Program-made: the position numbers and the translations under genes
Notes under the pieces: generated by a model
Seen by the model: the letters and a program-made list of their open reading frames with translations, nothing else
What the model was told of the DNA's origin: nothing
Database searches by the model: none
Assembly (NCBI GenBank): GCA_964016885.1
Contig: OZ024741.1
Location: 360,964,001-361,028,000, forward strand
Origin: Eledone cirrhosa
Lineage: Eukaryota
DNA: 64,000 nt
Reading direction: 5' to 3'
Shown here: positions 1 to 13,274 of the stretch, piece by piece
Layout of the letters: each line of letters opens with the position of its first letter
How positions within the stretch are numbered: the stretch's first letter is position 1

Positions 1-45
1 AGAAATAGCTTACTGGCATACAGAAGTCCCCATGCATAACCAGTC

Positions 46-263
46 TTAACCCTTTAGCATTCACATTATTTTTATATATACTATTATATTTTCATGGTAA
101 AGACTTTACCTCACATAATTATCTCTCATAATATCGAATCTATGAGATTTTAAAAGTATTTATTTTGAGAACAATACCTTAACATCAGTTTGAGCGACAG
201 TTACAGCCAGTTTCAACAGAAAGAGGTAGAGAATTCTGGCCGGTTTGAACTCTAAAGGGTTAA
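46..263. mobile_element. Non-autonomous TTAA-flanked MITE (piggyBac-type termini), family A
   Basis: TTAA-CCCTTTAG...CTAAAGGG-TTAA. The internal sequence recurs at 7276, 17205, 26208, 45620 and about 61947. Confidence 0.85.
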
Positions 264-3012
264 ACTTCTATTTTGGCCTGGATAATTATAATAAATAGGA
301 GGTGCACATATGACAATTTGAATATCTTAGTGGTGTCTAAGACTACAATATCTAATGTGTCCCCCTTTTTTAAGACATTGGGGTATGATCTGAAAGAAAC
401 TTGATTGCTGTTTCTATCAAGTTGAGCCATCACATTAATTCATTAATCTGTACTTAATTAATGTATTTTCTCTTCTCAAAAGAAATATGATCAATTTTAA
501 TTTAAACCAGCTGCGCTCACAAAATTAGCTACAAGAATGTGTTCAATTAAAAGACCCAAAGATTTAGATATCTTTAGGTTTAATTTTGTACAATTTAGTG
601 ACTAATTAAAAAAAAAAAAGACACGAAGTGCTGATAAAAGCCAGAACAATCTGAAAAAGTGCTTGGCTTCAAAAATTTTCAGAATTCTGGCAAAGTTGTT
701 GGAACTGCCAAACTTCACTAACAAACCTAATTTGATATCAATAATACAGAACTCATACAGAACTCATATTTTTCAATGTAAATTGTCAATAATGAGCAAA
801 GTGGAATCACAAGTTCATGTGAAATCAAACAATGAACATAAATGAGCAATTCTGAAGCATAAAGTTTTAAAACATTGATCTCTCAAATTTAATTTAGCAA
901 ATTGGCATAGTAGTTAGGACATCAAATTAAATGCCATGGTGTTTATTGCAGTTCACTGTGCACTGGATTTAAATACCACTAAAGTTAATTTCACTTTTCA
1001 TCCTTCTAGGGACAATAAATAAAGCATCAACCATGAGTAGTGGATTGTTAAAGAATAAGATTGGTTACTTTGTGATATCTGAGTTCAAATCCTACTTCTT
1101 TCTGCCAAGAGTTGCCACCAGCAGATGATATCAGCAATGGAAATATTGTTTCTTTGGTCTGATTTGATGTGCCTTTCCTTTTTCTGTTTGTTATTCTCTC
1201 CATTAAGTTACATCAAGAACATTAATTCATCACATGGCAAATTTCAACACAGAAGAAAACTAAGCCATGGGCATAGAAAATGCTCAACAGAAATAGGATG
1301 GGATTTGCAGTGTTTAATATTAATGTTTAGGTAGATGTTTGATAAGTTGTGGAGATTAAGAAGGGCAGATAACTGAATCTAAAATATTGCTTATTTACTA
1401 ATGTAGTCCACCAATATACAATGAAGCTTGGATACACATCAAAGACAAAAGTAGCAGAACTAGATTTGTTTTGTAGTACTGTGATAGTGGTGCATCATTG
1501 ATTTATTTCAATTACAAAACTAACAGACATGTTTATCATCATCATCACTTTTCATATCCTAACGAAGCAGTATCAATCAACTAATGAAGCGCTAACATTT
1601 AAAAATTGGAGAAATATTTGAATGAATCACGTTTTTACTAATTGGTCTGCTTTTTTATCTTTTTTTTAAATTGCTATTATGAAAGTAAAAGAGTTAGAAA
1701 GGTAAGATGTTTGAGTTGTTACTATGGTAGGCTATTGATTGTAGGTTCAAAACCTTGTTACTAATATTACAATAAGCTCTTAAACAAGGAGCTTTGCCTG
1801 CCTCAATCTACTTCATGGCTGAGCAGTTAACATTAGGGAAGGCATCCAGCTGTAAAACATTCATGAAATTCATCACAGAATCATCAAATTCATTCAAGTG
1901 TGAAAAACAAATATGCAACATTATTACAACAAAGAAAATAAAAAAGATAACTAGAAGTTAATTTTGGCTTCATTCTGGCCATATTAAATTGTATAAAAAC
2001 TAAAATAATAAATCATAGCTTTTACCAATCCTTTACTCATTGGTTTACACTGCTTATTTCACTACTATAAACTTCATAAAGGCATATATGGACCCATATA
2101 CAATGTGCTATGCATAATAAATATACATATAGTCTTGCTGTGATCAGATCACAATTACCTCTGTGCCTATGTAAGAATGCTGTATACATACATTTCAGGA
2201 TTTTTATCCATAAGATATTCAAATCTTCCATAGCTCACTATCTTAGAGTAATTAAGCACTCATTTTAGTGCGACCAATAATTATAAACTTCATTTCAACA
2301 CCAGTCAAACCAACATGCTGAGCTCTTTGACCAAATTTCTGTTAATCTTGGCTAGTCTTGTCTTAATCTCTTTTTGTGGCCACATAGCAAGGTTGGAACA
2401 GCCCTTCAGCTTAGGAAATGAACCACTGAGATTGAAAATAATTATTGATTTCTTACTTAAGTATTATAAGGCCTTGGATGTATGGAGAGGAGGGATGAGA
2501 TTATGTGATATTTTTAAATGTATTAGTAATATAAGAGAACTAAAGTGGCTATTATTAGAAACTAAACCTGGATCATGTGTGTGTTTGTGCATGCCAAGTA
2601 GTTAAGTTTACTTTGAAATCATGGGGTTCTGGGATCAATCCCATTGTGTAGCATCTTGGACAAGTGTCTTTACAATAACCTCAGGTCTGTCTAGGCCTTG
2701 TGAATTAATTTGAGTAGACAAACTATTTGGAAGCCCACCAGATGCCTGAAAAACTGGGACACATCGTCAAGACCAACAGAAGTCCATTCCACGTGCAGAC
2801 ACACACACATTTTAAGAGATTACTCCTGGTCTACAGTAGTTGCCACAATTAAAATATATTAAATAATTTTCATTAGATAGAAATAAATTTTATTAAGAGA
2901 AAAGTATAATCCACTAAATCTTTCCACTTCAAAAAATGAAACAAAAAACACATTTAAACCATGGCTATCATTTTGAATTTGTAACAAATACTAAAGCATT
3001 ATTATTTTGAAG

Positions 3013-3204
3013 GGCGGTAGATTGGCAGTATCGGTAGAGGGTCAGACGTCATGCTTTGACGCATAGAGTTACGGCCCTTTCCATTCTGAGTTTAAATCCC
3101 GCCGAGGTCAACTTTACCTTTCATCCTTACGGGGTCGATAAAATAAAGTACCAGTAATGTACTGGGTAATTGCTGGCCTTGTGCCAAAAGTAGAAACAAT
3201 TATT
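3013..3204 (+). mobile_element. tRNA-derived SINE with Meta-like core (octopus OR-type SINE), near full length
   Basis: A-box-like ggcggtagattggcagtatcggtag, B-box-like gagtttaaatccc, core ctttcatccttacggggtcgataaaataaagtaccag and an (ATT) tail. There are many near-identical copies in the window. Confidence 0.85.
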
Positions 3205-3417
3205 GTTATAGAGATAGTTAATTTGCAGGCTATGAGTTTGGCTCTTCCCTTTTGGAATTCAAACAAAATCCATGTTTCTCAATAAATTCTTTTCTTTATC
3301 CCGGTTTCAGTCATTAAATTGCAGCCATGCTGATGGCACAGCATTAAAGGGATTTCAGTAGATCATATTAACCCCAATACCTAATATTTCAAGTATTATA
3401 AATAAAGGAATGAAGAG

Positions 3418-3549
3418 GTGATGACATCATACACTAGAGATGATTGAAGAAGGAAGGGGTGATGACGTCACACACACGAAATGATTGAGGAAGGAAGGGG
3501 TGATGACGTCACACATTAGAGATGACTGAGGAAGGAAAGAGTGATGACA
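3418..3549 (+). repeat. 41-bp tandem repeat, about 3.2 copies, containing TGACGTCA
   Basis: Units start at 3418, 3459, 3500 and 3541 (gtgatgacgtcacacac...gatgattgaggaaggaaggg). Confidence 0.9.
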
Positions 3550-5029
3550 AACTACAAGAAACAGCATTTAACATTCACTACACTTGTGTACAATCTACAT
3601 ACACACACGCATATACACATACACCTCAGCATGCTGAAAAAAATTCTAGATATGAAAAAAAAAAAAAAAAAAAGAAATGAAAGGAACTGATCATCAGAGG
3701 AAACCAAGGAAATCAGGTTCCCATTGGTCTTTCCATTACTGACACTATTTACAAGTTGAAACTCCTCTCAAAAGCGTCACCACTTTTTGCATGACAGAAA
3801 GCAGAGTTAAAAGAGATACCACAAACCATCCCATTCCATTTTTAACAATTATGCCAATCTACTGTCCATGAACTGATACTTTATCAACCCCCAAAAAGAT
3901 GAAAGGCGAAGTTGGCATTGACAGAATTTGAACAGAGTGCAGAGAGCTAGAACAAATACCGAGGCATTTAATCCACCACTAACAACTCTGCCAATTTGAC
4001 TCTATAATATGAGATACAGCTGTCACATAAACAAGGTCAAAGTGCTGAAATATTTTATTCAATAACAAATTTTAATTCATTCAAGCCTGATATCATTCAC
4101 ACTAACAAAAAATTAATTAAAAGATTTTAACTATTTTTTTCTAATAATTTAAAACTGTTTTATTCTTATTTTTGAAGTTTTAACAACTCTACAATGAAAT
4201 AATCCTTTTGATAGCAAACCACCTGACAACACCACACCCCAGTTCTATGACATAAAACTGTTTATTTTAAAGTATTTATATTTATCTAAAAACATTTCAT
4301 CATAATTTTATATTTGAACATTTATGTTCCAAACACCAGATTAATATGAAAGTTACATTACTAAATCCCTCCAAATTCTTGATTTATTTTCAAATTTATT
4401 TGAAAATCATAAGTAACATTTTTCATTAGAAATATGATAACAAAATAGTTAAAGAATATAATAGAACGAAAATAGGTAGCAAGTATGATATTGTTTAGCC
4501 CTAAGTTAGATAAAAGAGATGTATGATTTAATGGGTTTTTTTCCTTTGGACAGTGTGCTTAGGACTACATTATCTAATGTGTCCATCTTTAACTCAGAAT
4601 GTGATGCAAAAGATTTGGCTATTATTTCTAGCTGGCTGAATGACCACATAAAAGCTCCCTTATTGGCTCCTGAATGATGTATAGTGCTGATTCTCAAAGT
4701 GGGCTCTGGACCACCTCTCTACCCACCACCATCAGCACAGAGTTGGCTATCCACAGGTGTAAGCCTCGCAAGCTGGAATGGCTCTTCTAGCACGTCTTCC
4801 TCACCATCCTCTGGGCAGCCTGCGCATAGGCCCCCATTTGCTCATAATAGTGAGAGATGGGGAGAGTAGAAGAGACAGAGGCAGTAACAGTGGGAATTTG
4901 GCTCCATTGTGTTCGGACCAGGTGTATATGTATATATTTATTTACCACACAACATTAACTGAACAAGTTTATTTTTCCACAGATGTCATTCACAAGCCTT
5001 GAGGTGAATTGTGATATTAATACGGAATA

Positions 5030-5929
5030 TGTTCATAAATGAACTAAGTGAAAAATTAGGAATAAGAGGGATCAGATGCTGTTTACTCAAGAGAAGACTA
5101 CGTTGGTATGGCCACATGATGCGCATGAAAGACGACAGCTGTATAAAAAAGTGCAGGGCAATCAAAATTGATGGTAGTTACGGAGTAGGTAGACCCAGAA
5201 AAACCTGGGACGATCTCATAAATTCTGACCTTACACACTTGCACCTCTTTAAGAAAATGTCATTGGACCGAGATCTTTGGCGCTACGCAGTAATACAGAA
5301 GACCCACCTTGCCTATGTACAAAGCGAAACCTACAGTCAGTAGGCACCTCTTAACCAAATATACACCCCAATCCACTACCCCTACCCTATCCTTCCACTC
5401 CCACCAACACCACCCTCTCTCTGTAAAGTTGGTACCACAACATCCAGTCCAAATAAATGAGATAATTGTTTCTACTATTGGCACAAGGCCAGAAATTACC
5501 CAGTACATTACTGGTACTTTATTTTATCGACCCCGAAAGGATGAAAGGCAAAGTTAACCTCGGCGGGATTTGAACTCAGAATGGCAAGGGCCGTAACTCT
5601 ATGCGTCAAAGCATGGCGTCCGAACCTCTACCGATACTGCCAATCCACCAAATAAATGAGATAATGAGATCGAGATCGTGTAGGTGTCACGACAAAAAAA
5701 CACACAGTCCACGCTGTAATGTGGCCGTGTAGGTAACATGGTAAAAAGTTCCCAGTCCACACTGTAAATGTGGTTGGTGTTAGGAAGGGCATCCAGCCAT
5801 AGAAAACCTGCCAGATAGTCCTATATGAGCGAGACACGGTCACCCGACCAACCTTGCCTCAAGTGGGACAACTTCCGTCTAACCCATGCTAGCGTGGAAG
5901 ATGTATGTTAAACGAAGATGATGATGATG
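5030..5929 (+). mobile_element. RTE-clade LINE, 3' fragment (ORF2 C-terminus + 3' UTR + (GAT)n tail)
   Basis: The translation RRLRWYGHMMRM...GRPRKTW is the typical RTE ORF2 C-terminus. The tail is gatgatgatg and a SINE interrupts the element. Confidence 0.9.
5462..5649 (-). mobile_element. Meta-like SINE inserted into an RTE 3' UTR, with target-site duplication
   Basis: Reverse complement of the 3013 family, flanked by the direct repeat ccaaataaatgagataat (5449-5466 and 5648-5665). Confidence 0.9.
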
Positions 5930-7275
5930 TCATTTTTTTTCCACAAGAATCAATTGAAAAGTCTGAAGCGCAAATCTATTCACTCCTCTCGTGAGCCCTA
6001 AGTATTAAAAGAATGTTTAATGAAAACTAATTAAAAATAGATAAAGAAATTAGATAATTGGTTCCTTGGGGACAATGAAAGATTCAGGTGGAGGGGGGGG
6101 GGGGTATTGAAAGGCAAAGAGGTAGTAAGTCATTGACAGGTAAAGGGACAGAAGGAGGTCATTAGAAGGCAAGTGGTTGTGAGATAGGAAAGTGGCAAAG
6201 AATACAAATTAGTAGTTGTTTGTAAAATTGAAACCTAGTTATGCAAAAAATGGTTAAATAGAATATTAAAAAGTATTACAATTTCCTTTTCAATGTATAA
6301 TTTTTTAATCAAATTTACAGATGAAGGGAAAGGTTGATGAAATATTCTCTAAAAAGGAGTGATAGTTGGAAAAAATGAGAAATTACAATGTATAGGAAAG
6401 TGACGCAATGAACTAGCATAAATATTACTTTAGGACATTAAATTATATATTTTCTGTCTTGAATACCTCATGCTTTATTCTTGTTTTTATTGAGAAAGTT
6501 CTCCCCTATTATTATATACAAAATTACATAACATTACATATAAAATATATTTACAAAGTTGCAGTGACTAACTGTGGAACCCAGTAAAATTAATTCATTT
6601 AAATGTATCCCCAGATAAAATTTACTTAAGAATAGGTATGCGTGTTTGTGTATGCAGGCACGTGCACATCGGTTTATTGATGACCTTAACCCTTTTGTTA
6701 CAATATTTGTAATGAAAGACACTCAATAATTTTCAAATCATTTTGAAAATAATCAAGAATTTGGAAGGGTTTTAACTTTCTCGTTATTTAGCTAGTGTTG
6801 GGAGTATAATTTTTAAAAATTATGATAGGTTTTTAGATAAATATAAACACTTTAAAATAAATAGTTTTGTATCGCAGAACCAAGGGAAGTTTCAGAAGGT
6901 TTGATTTTAAAAAAAAAGGGGGGGGGGGGGTAATGCAACTGGGAAAATTTGTCTTGTAATGAAGCATTTTGATGGCTGGCATCAGGAAGGACACCCAATT
7001 GTAGAAACAAGCCCTCAAAAAATTTTCATTCAACCCATGCAAACCTGGAAACAAAACAAACATCAAAACGATGATGATTAACAATGAGAAAAAAAAGTAA
7101 ATAGCTCACAAGGTAAGACAGAGTAAATTACCTAGTGTATAGTTTTCAATATATACAATTTAATGAATGTGAGGAAACTGATTCTAACATTGGTACATGG
7201 TCACACATTTGGAAGTAGGAGAGTACAGAACAATTAATTAACCCTTTTAATAACAACCTGTACCAAACTGCCTGC

Positions 7276-7489
7276 TTAACCCTTTAGCATTTACATTACT
7301 CTATATACACCATTATGTTTTCATGGTAAAGGCTTTAGCTCACATAATATTGAATCTGAGATTTTGATATCATTTATTTTGAGAACAAAACCTTAACATC
7401 AGTATGAGCAGCTGGTTTCAGCCGGTTTGAATAGAAAGAGGTAAGATAATTCTGGACGGATACAGCGGGTTTAAATGTTAAAGAGTTAA
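7276..7489. mobile_element. TTAA MITE family A copy
   Basis: ttaaccctttagcatttac...gttaaagagttaa, homologous to 46-263. Confidence 0.85.
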
Positions 7490-7916
7490 GTGACAATCTT
7501 TCATACATAATTTTGGTTAAGTTGTTTTACAAATACTATCTTGATTTCTAATTTAGGCACAAGACCAGTAATTTTTGGAGGATGGAAAAGCTGTTTCAAT
7601 CGACACCCAGTATACTTCACTGGTACTTTATTTTGTTGACCTCGGAAGGATGAAAGACAAAATTAACCTCAGCAAGATTTTGAACTCAGACCATAAAAAG
7701 CTGTAACCAAACACCATGGAGAGTTTTATCTGGTGCTCTAACAATTCTACCTATCCACTGCCATGAATACCATTTTAATAATAAAATACATTGCATTTTA
7801 TTAGAAATATGGTCATGAAGAGGATAAACTGCTTTATGCTTCGAGTAAATTCACTATATTGGTGGTTCCCAATATATTGATTTACAGTTTATAAAACTTG
7901 GACATTGTCCTTTTAT

Positions 7917-7919
<3 letters not shown>

Positions 7920-7995
<76 letters not shown>
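7920..7995. repeat. (AT)n microsatellite
   Basis: Uninterrupted AT run; it is the source of the YIYIYI ORF. Confidence 0.97.
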
Positions 7996-7996
<1 letters not shown>

Positions 7997-8421
7997 GTTT
8001 AGTCAGAGAGAGAAGGGCAGTGCTCATGGCCATAGAGTAGTGGGAGAGAAGAGGAAAAGTATCTCAAAATTAGAGAGCTGGCCCAAATACTTGCTAAAGG
8101 CAAGGCACCCAAGGGCTAGGTGTTAGATCTAATGACAGACTTTTCGTCTACCACCGAAGTAGGTCAAGCAGGATTTGAACTCAGAATGCAAAGAGCTGGA
8201 ATAATTACCATAAAACATTTTCCCCTGCCAACGACTGCCATGGATTGGATGGTTCATTTGTACAGCAGGGTGATGACATTCCTATAGCTAACAAAGAGGA
8301 AACCTGTATTTTGTTCATCCTGGGAAACTGAAGCAAGCAGAATCAGGTACCTTATTTAAAGAGACAGAAGTAAGATCTGAACTTATGACCATAAATCCAG
8401 GATTCAGCTAAGAAATGCCAA

Positions 8422-8690
8422 TTAACCCTTTTCACACCTGACTACATGAAATTGCCTCTGATTCTAGATAAAATAAACAACTTTTTTGTTTTCTAACATA
8501 TTTATATCTAACTAAAAACATTCCATCAGTATTTTATGTAAGAACCATTGTTAGCTTATGCTCCAAACACAAGCTTAATGAGGAAACTACTAATATTACA
8601 ACATCCCTCCAAATTATTGATTATTTTCAAAATGATTTGAAAATTTTAGGCAACATCTTTCATAAGAAATATAGTAACAAAAAAGGTTAA
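8422..8690. mobile_element. Older TTAA MITE family B (ttaacccttt...aaaaaggttaa)
   Basis: TTAA-flanked CCC/GGG-like termini. Degenerate relatives lie at about 4200-4450, 6686-6915, 12925-13230, 26580-26810, 36340-36560, 37978-38211, 57663-57886 and 61838-62427. Confidence 0.65.
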
Positions 8691-9257
8691 TTCAGTGTTA
8701 TTTGTTAAAACAACAACATGATTTCTTGGTAAAGTTTACATATTATTCTAGTCTAAATTAACTGCAATAAATAATTGGAACAGAAGTAGTTACAAATGAC
8801 TGACTATTTTGCCTACAACTCTACATAAAGCACTATTTTAATACTACTCAGCAAAACCAGTTATCAAATCCTTTGATAATAAGCACAGCTTCACACCGAA
8901 TTCTAAAGATCTAATTTATAATATATATATAGTTGCTATCAATGCCAGACGGCACAGGATAATCCAATAATGGTGTGTGATCTGTAAACAACAGCAAGAT
9001 GCTTGTGCCATAAGAAAATAGCTGTCCTTTATTCTCTTCAATAGCTGTACTTTCTTTATTTTGAAAATCAATGCAATTGCAGGCATTCTAGCATTATCCA
9101 GAAAACCAAAAATGACTTGAAGTGCTTGTAATGACAGCTGATACTAATGTGTGTGTATGTGTACATAGATGTAAGTGTATACATATATACCAGTGTGTGT
9201 GTATTAGTGTGTATGTGTGTATGTATGTATATATATATATCTATGTATCCCTCTCCA

Positions 9258-9288
<31 letters not shown>

Positions 9289-9739
9289 CGTGTATGTCGG
9301 TGTCTCTTTTCTTTGCATTCAACATCGCAGGTGGTGATATTTATTTACGTTCCATTTAAAGTGCTCAACAGTTAGACAAGGAAAAATCTGAACCTTATTT
9401 ATGAAAACAAGTGAATCAGCTTCATATCAGGAAGGATACCTGACCATAGAGTTCTGCCTGAAAAGTTACAGTCAAACAATTCCAACATATGAACGTAAAA
9501 CTGATTACATATATATCATCGTTTAACATCCATTCGCCACGCTAGCATGGGTAGGATAGGCTGTCCCTTTGTGTGAGAGAGAGAAAGGCGGGAGGGGAGA
9601 GAGGGAGAAGTATATAATGTTACACACTTGTGAAGTTCGTTTTATACTTTCATATGATCTACAGAGCCTTCTTGTCCTAATACTATCATAATTCTCATAA
9701 GAATTTAATTTTAACCCATTCTCATCTGATATCATATAA

Positions 9740-10860
9740 TCTCTCTCTCTATATATATAAAACAGAGGATGTCTGTCTGTGTAAATCCCTAAAACTCGAG
9801 AAGTACCCGACCGATTTTTTTCAAACTTTACACATTATTTATATTTCTTGAAGTGCAATGGGCTAAAAAAGGTTTTAACTTTTTCTGCCCTGGGGCCCGC
9901 ATTAGGCGAAAAACTGCATTTTTAGGCTTTTTTTAGTCATAACTTAAAGATAATCCACCCTTGAAATTTGCAGCACACATTAGTTAGCCCCCTCGCATTG
10001 CTGTGGACAAAAAGAATTTCCGATTCCATTAATGGTTTCTACGAAATTTACGAATTAGCATTGGGCATTACATGCCATTTTCATTTTCAATATAAACACT
10101 ACTTAAACATCCTAAGTACGTATAATATTTCGTTAAAAATTTGGTTTATTTAACAGAGAACATACTTACTTTTAAGCAGGACCATTTTCTTTGAATTGAG
10201 GAAATGAGGAGGACCTTAACATTTTTGTCGGCGCCCTGTTGATGCTTCGTGCTTTCATCACGCGCAAATCCAGGCCCTGTGTACTTTGCCGTGTTATTGA
10301 CACCGTAAAACTCACGTCTGTACTACTTCTACTAAGACCCCTTTTATTGCACCTACACTGCAGTATGAACGCCCTGCGCAAGTATGCCGAACAGTGATTG
10401 TGCGAATTCCGCGGTGACCCCTTTTGTCGCATCTTTGTTATTGTGTAAACACAGTGCAACCAGTGCCCCCCCCCCCTCAGTGTTTGTGCTAATTGCACTA
10501 TGACCCGCTGCTGCTGCGTTGCCATGGTGTCATCTCAATATCCCTTCTTAAACGTACATCCCTATTTGGTTTTCACACAATTGACTACATCGTTCCTTCA
10601 GAATGACGTGTGTTCCCCCTCCATGATGTAATTTGTGAACAGACTTATGACATACATCACCCCACAACACTTACTCCTTTCGCATACAGAATTTCCGCAA
10701 TCAGCCCACTGACACTGCTACTACTGGATTCGGCCTGCTGGTGTTTCTAAGTAGATGAACAATCATTCCCTGAGAATAAGGGAATTCAAAAAGTACACAG
10801 CTGCATTCCTCAATCTTTGCATATGCGTGTTGCTATTTAAACGCCGAGTCCTGCTGCTAA
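9740..10860 (+). mobile_element. Non-autonomous Helitron-like element
   Basis: It starts A|TC(tc)tatatatataaaac...gtctgtctg and ends ...aacgccgagtcctgctgCTAA|T, fitting 5'-TC / CTRR-3' termini inserted between A and T. It is CpG-rich relative to its flanks. Confidence 0.65.
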
Positions 10861-12612
10861 TATAATATATATTCCACTATTCCACAGACGTGACTGTACA
10901 GTTAAAGAGATTACTTTGCAACATGTGGTTTCTGGTTCAGTCCCACTGTGTGCTACTTTGGGTGAGTGTTTTCTACTATAGTCTCGTACTGGCCAATGTG
11001 TTAAAAGTAAAATGTGATAGAGCAAAACCATGCCAAACCTTGTCATATATGTGTGTGTGCCCATTTATGTCTACTGTTTGTAACTTAGTGGTTTGACAAA
11101 AAGAGATCAATAAAATAAGTACCAGATTTGAAAAATAAGTACTGGGATCTATATGATCCACTAAATCCCTTAAAGGCAATGTCCCAGCATGGCCACACTC
11201 TAAAAACTGAAACAAGTAAATGAATAAAAGAATGCATATTTCTCTGTTTTTGAAAATGCAATACATATTCACAGGGCTACGACCTGATTTATCCCTGTCA
11301 CACCCGCCCTCCCATTAGCACTCTCCAGCAGCTATCCTTACAACCAGTGCACCTGCACCCTATCGTCTCCAGTGCCACTCCTTAGCTACTTTGCTGTCTT
11401 AAGCCCTTAGATACCCTCACTCTCGCACCCTACTAGCTACTCTCTCGACCCCTTGTGCATCCCTCCACTACCACCCCTCAGGTATTTTTCCATCTATTTC
11501 TCCCCACGCACTATTGATCACTACATCCCCTCACCCCCATATACTATCAGTCACCTTATCCCCTTACTCATCATCCTGTCAAATCATCACACTCACCTAT
11601 AACTTCATACCTATCTCCCTCCCCTATCGACCTCCAAATAACCCCACTGAGCAGAGAGGGCTCTTCAGCTGGGACTATGTCTAACAACCTCTCTAGTAAC
11701 AGTACCATTAAAATGCACCTGGTACACCCTGTAAGGTAGTTGGCAACAGCAAGGTCATTGCACTGTAGAAACCATACTTAAAAGAGTTGAGAGGATCCTT
11801 CAGTTGTGTCAATGATACAATAACATTTCTAGTGTTCCTGATCTACCCAAAAAAAGCACCCAGTACATGCTATCCAGCCATAAAAAGCTTGCTAAACAAA
11901 GGGTTGGTAGGACTCTCCAGTTGTGTCAAAGGTATAACATCCTCTAGTGCTGGTACCATGATAAAATGCACTAGGAACAGTATGTAAGCCAGATGCGGAT
12001 ACCCGGCCTATCTGGGAGATCAGTAACCCCCGCTTCAGTACTGACTCAGTCTGTGAAGACCTGTCCAACCCTTGCTAGCAGGGGAAGTGGATGTTAAATG
12101 ATGATGAAGATGATATTCCTCTATTTCTAAAACATTGCTGTGAAGAACCATTTTTCCGCTTTGATATTTTAATAATTATAACATGTTGTCTCCATTCCAC
12201 TCGAACCATCAAATACATCTACAATATTTGTTGCTACTCAATCCCCCCCCCCCCCCCCCCCGCTAAACTCGGCACCAAATATCCCTTCAAACTCCATATC
12301 ATCAATATCACTCATACTCCTTCTGCTTCATTTCTTAGTCTCATGACCAATGCCCTTCCTAATTGCATGATTAATAGAAATAAAATAAAATAAGTTTAGC
12401 ATTTAGAATAAAACGCGTGTGTATGTGTGTGTGTGTGTGTCACAATACTAGATATAAGAAAAATGAAAGCATTCGTCACTGACTAATATTGCTTTTCCTC
12501 CCACTGTACATTTATTTTTAGTTATTTTTAATGCTCTCTGCATTAAAAGTGGTAACACTAAGTATTATTTTTCATTTAGATGGTATCTAGGAATTATTGA
12601 ATATCTCTAAAC

Positions 12613-12833
12613 CAGTGGTTCCCAAACATTCTGTCATGGATTTCCAAAAAAAAATGCAGAATCCTTATATGATTTCCCCCAAATCACAGAACCCATAGAG
12701 ACAATCCTCACCACCCTAATTTTAAAATGAGAAGAAAAAAAGTTATTTTAAAGAGAATTTATTCATCTAAAAAAAAAAAAATTTTTTTTTAAAACATACA
12801 AATTTTTATTAAATTTTGTTTAGGAAGCACTAC
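12613..12833. mobile_element. hAT/Charlie-like MITE
   Basis: Termini cagtggttcccaaac ... gtttaggaagcacta. A similar element lies at about 31083-31278. Confidence 0.55.
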
Positions 12834-13238
12834 TCTTAAGAATTCTATTATAATATGCCAACTAGTGTATATATAATCTTGTATATTTTCAGAATATGAG
12901 GAGGCTGTGGCAGTCAGAATAAGGTTTAACACTTGATACCAAACTGCTTGAAACCGTTCTGTGTTTTATAATACAAAACTGTTTTAAAGAGTTTATCATC
13001 ATCATCGTTTAACGTCCATCTTCCACGCTAGCATGGGTTATATTTATCTAAAAACCTTTCACCATGATTTTATAGAGGTGCCTTTGTTAAGTTATGGTCC
13101 AAACACCAGCTTAATAATGGGAAAATTAGTTATCTTACTAAATCCTTTCAAATTGCTCATTATTTTCAAAATAATTTGAAAATTATAAGCCGTTTCATTA
13201 CAAATATTGTTATGAAAGTGTTCAATGTTAACATTTAC

Positions 13239-13274
<36 letters not shown>

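Noticed and set aside
2160-2345. Possible minus-strand exon (HVGLTGVEMKF / SYGRFEYLMDKNPE) as a Rab4 downstream exon
   Set aside because: It does not match the Rab motifs (HTIGVEFG, WDTAGQE), has in-frame stops and has weak splice sites.
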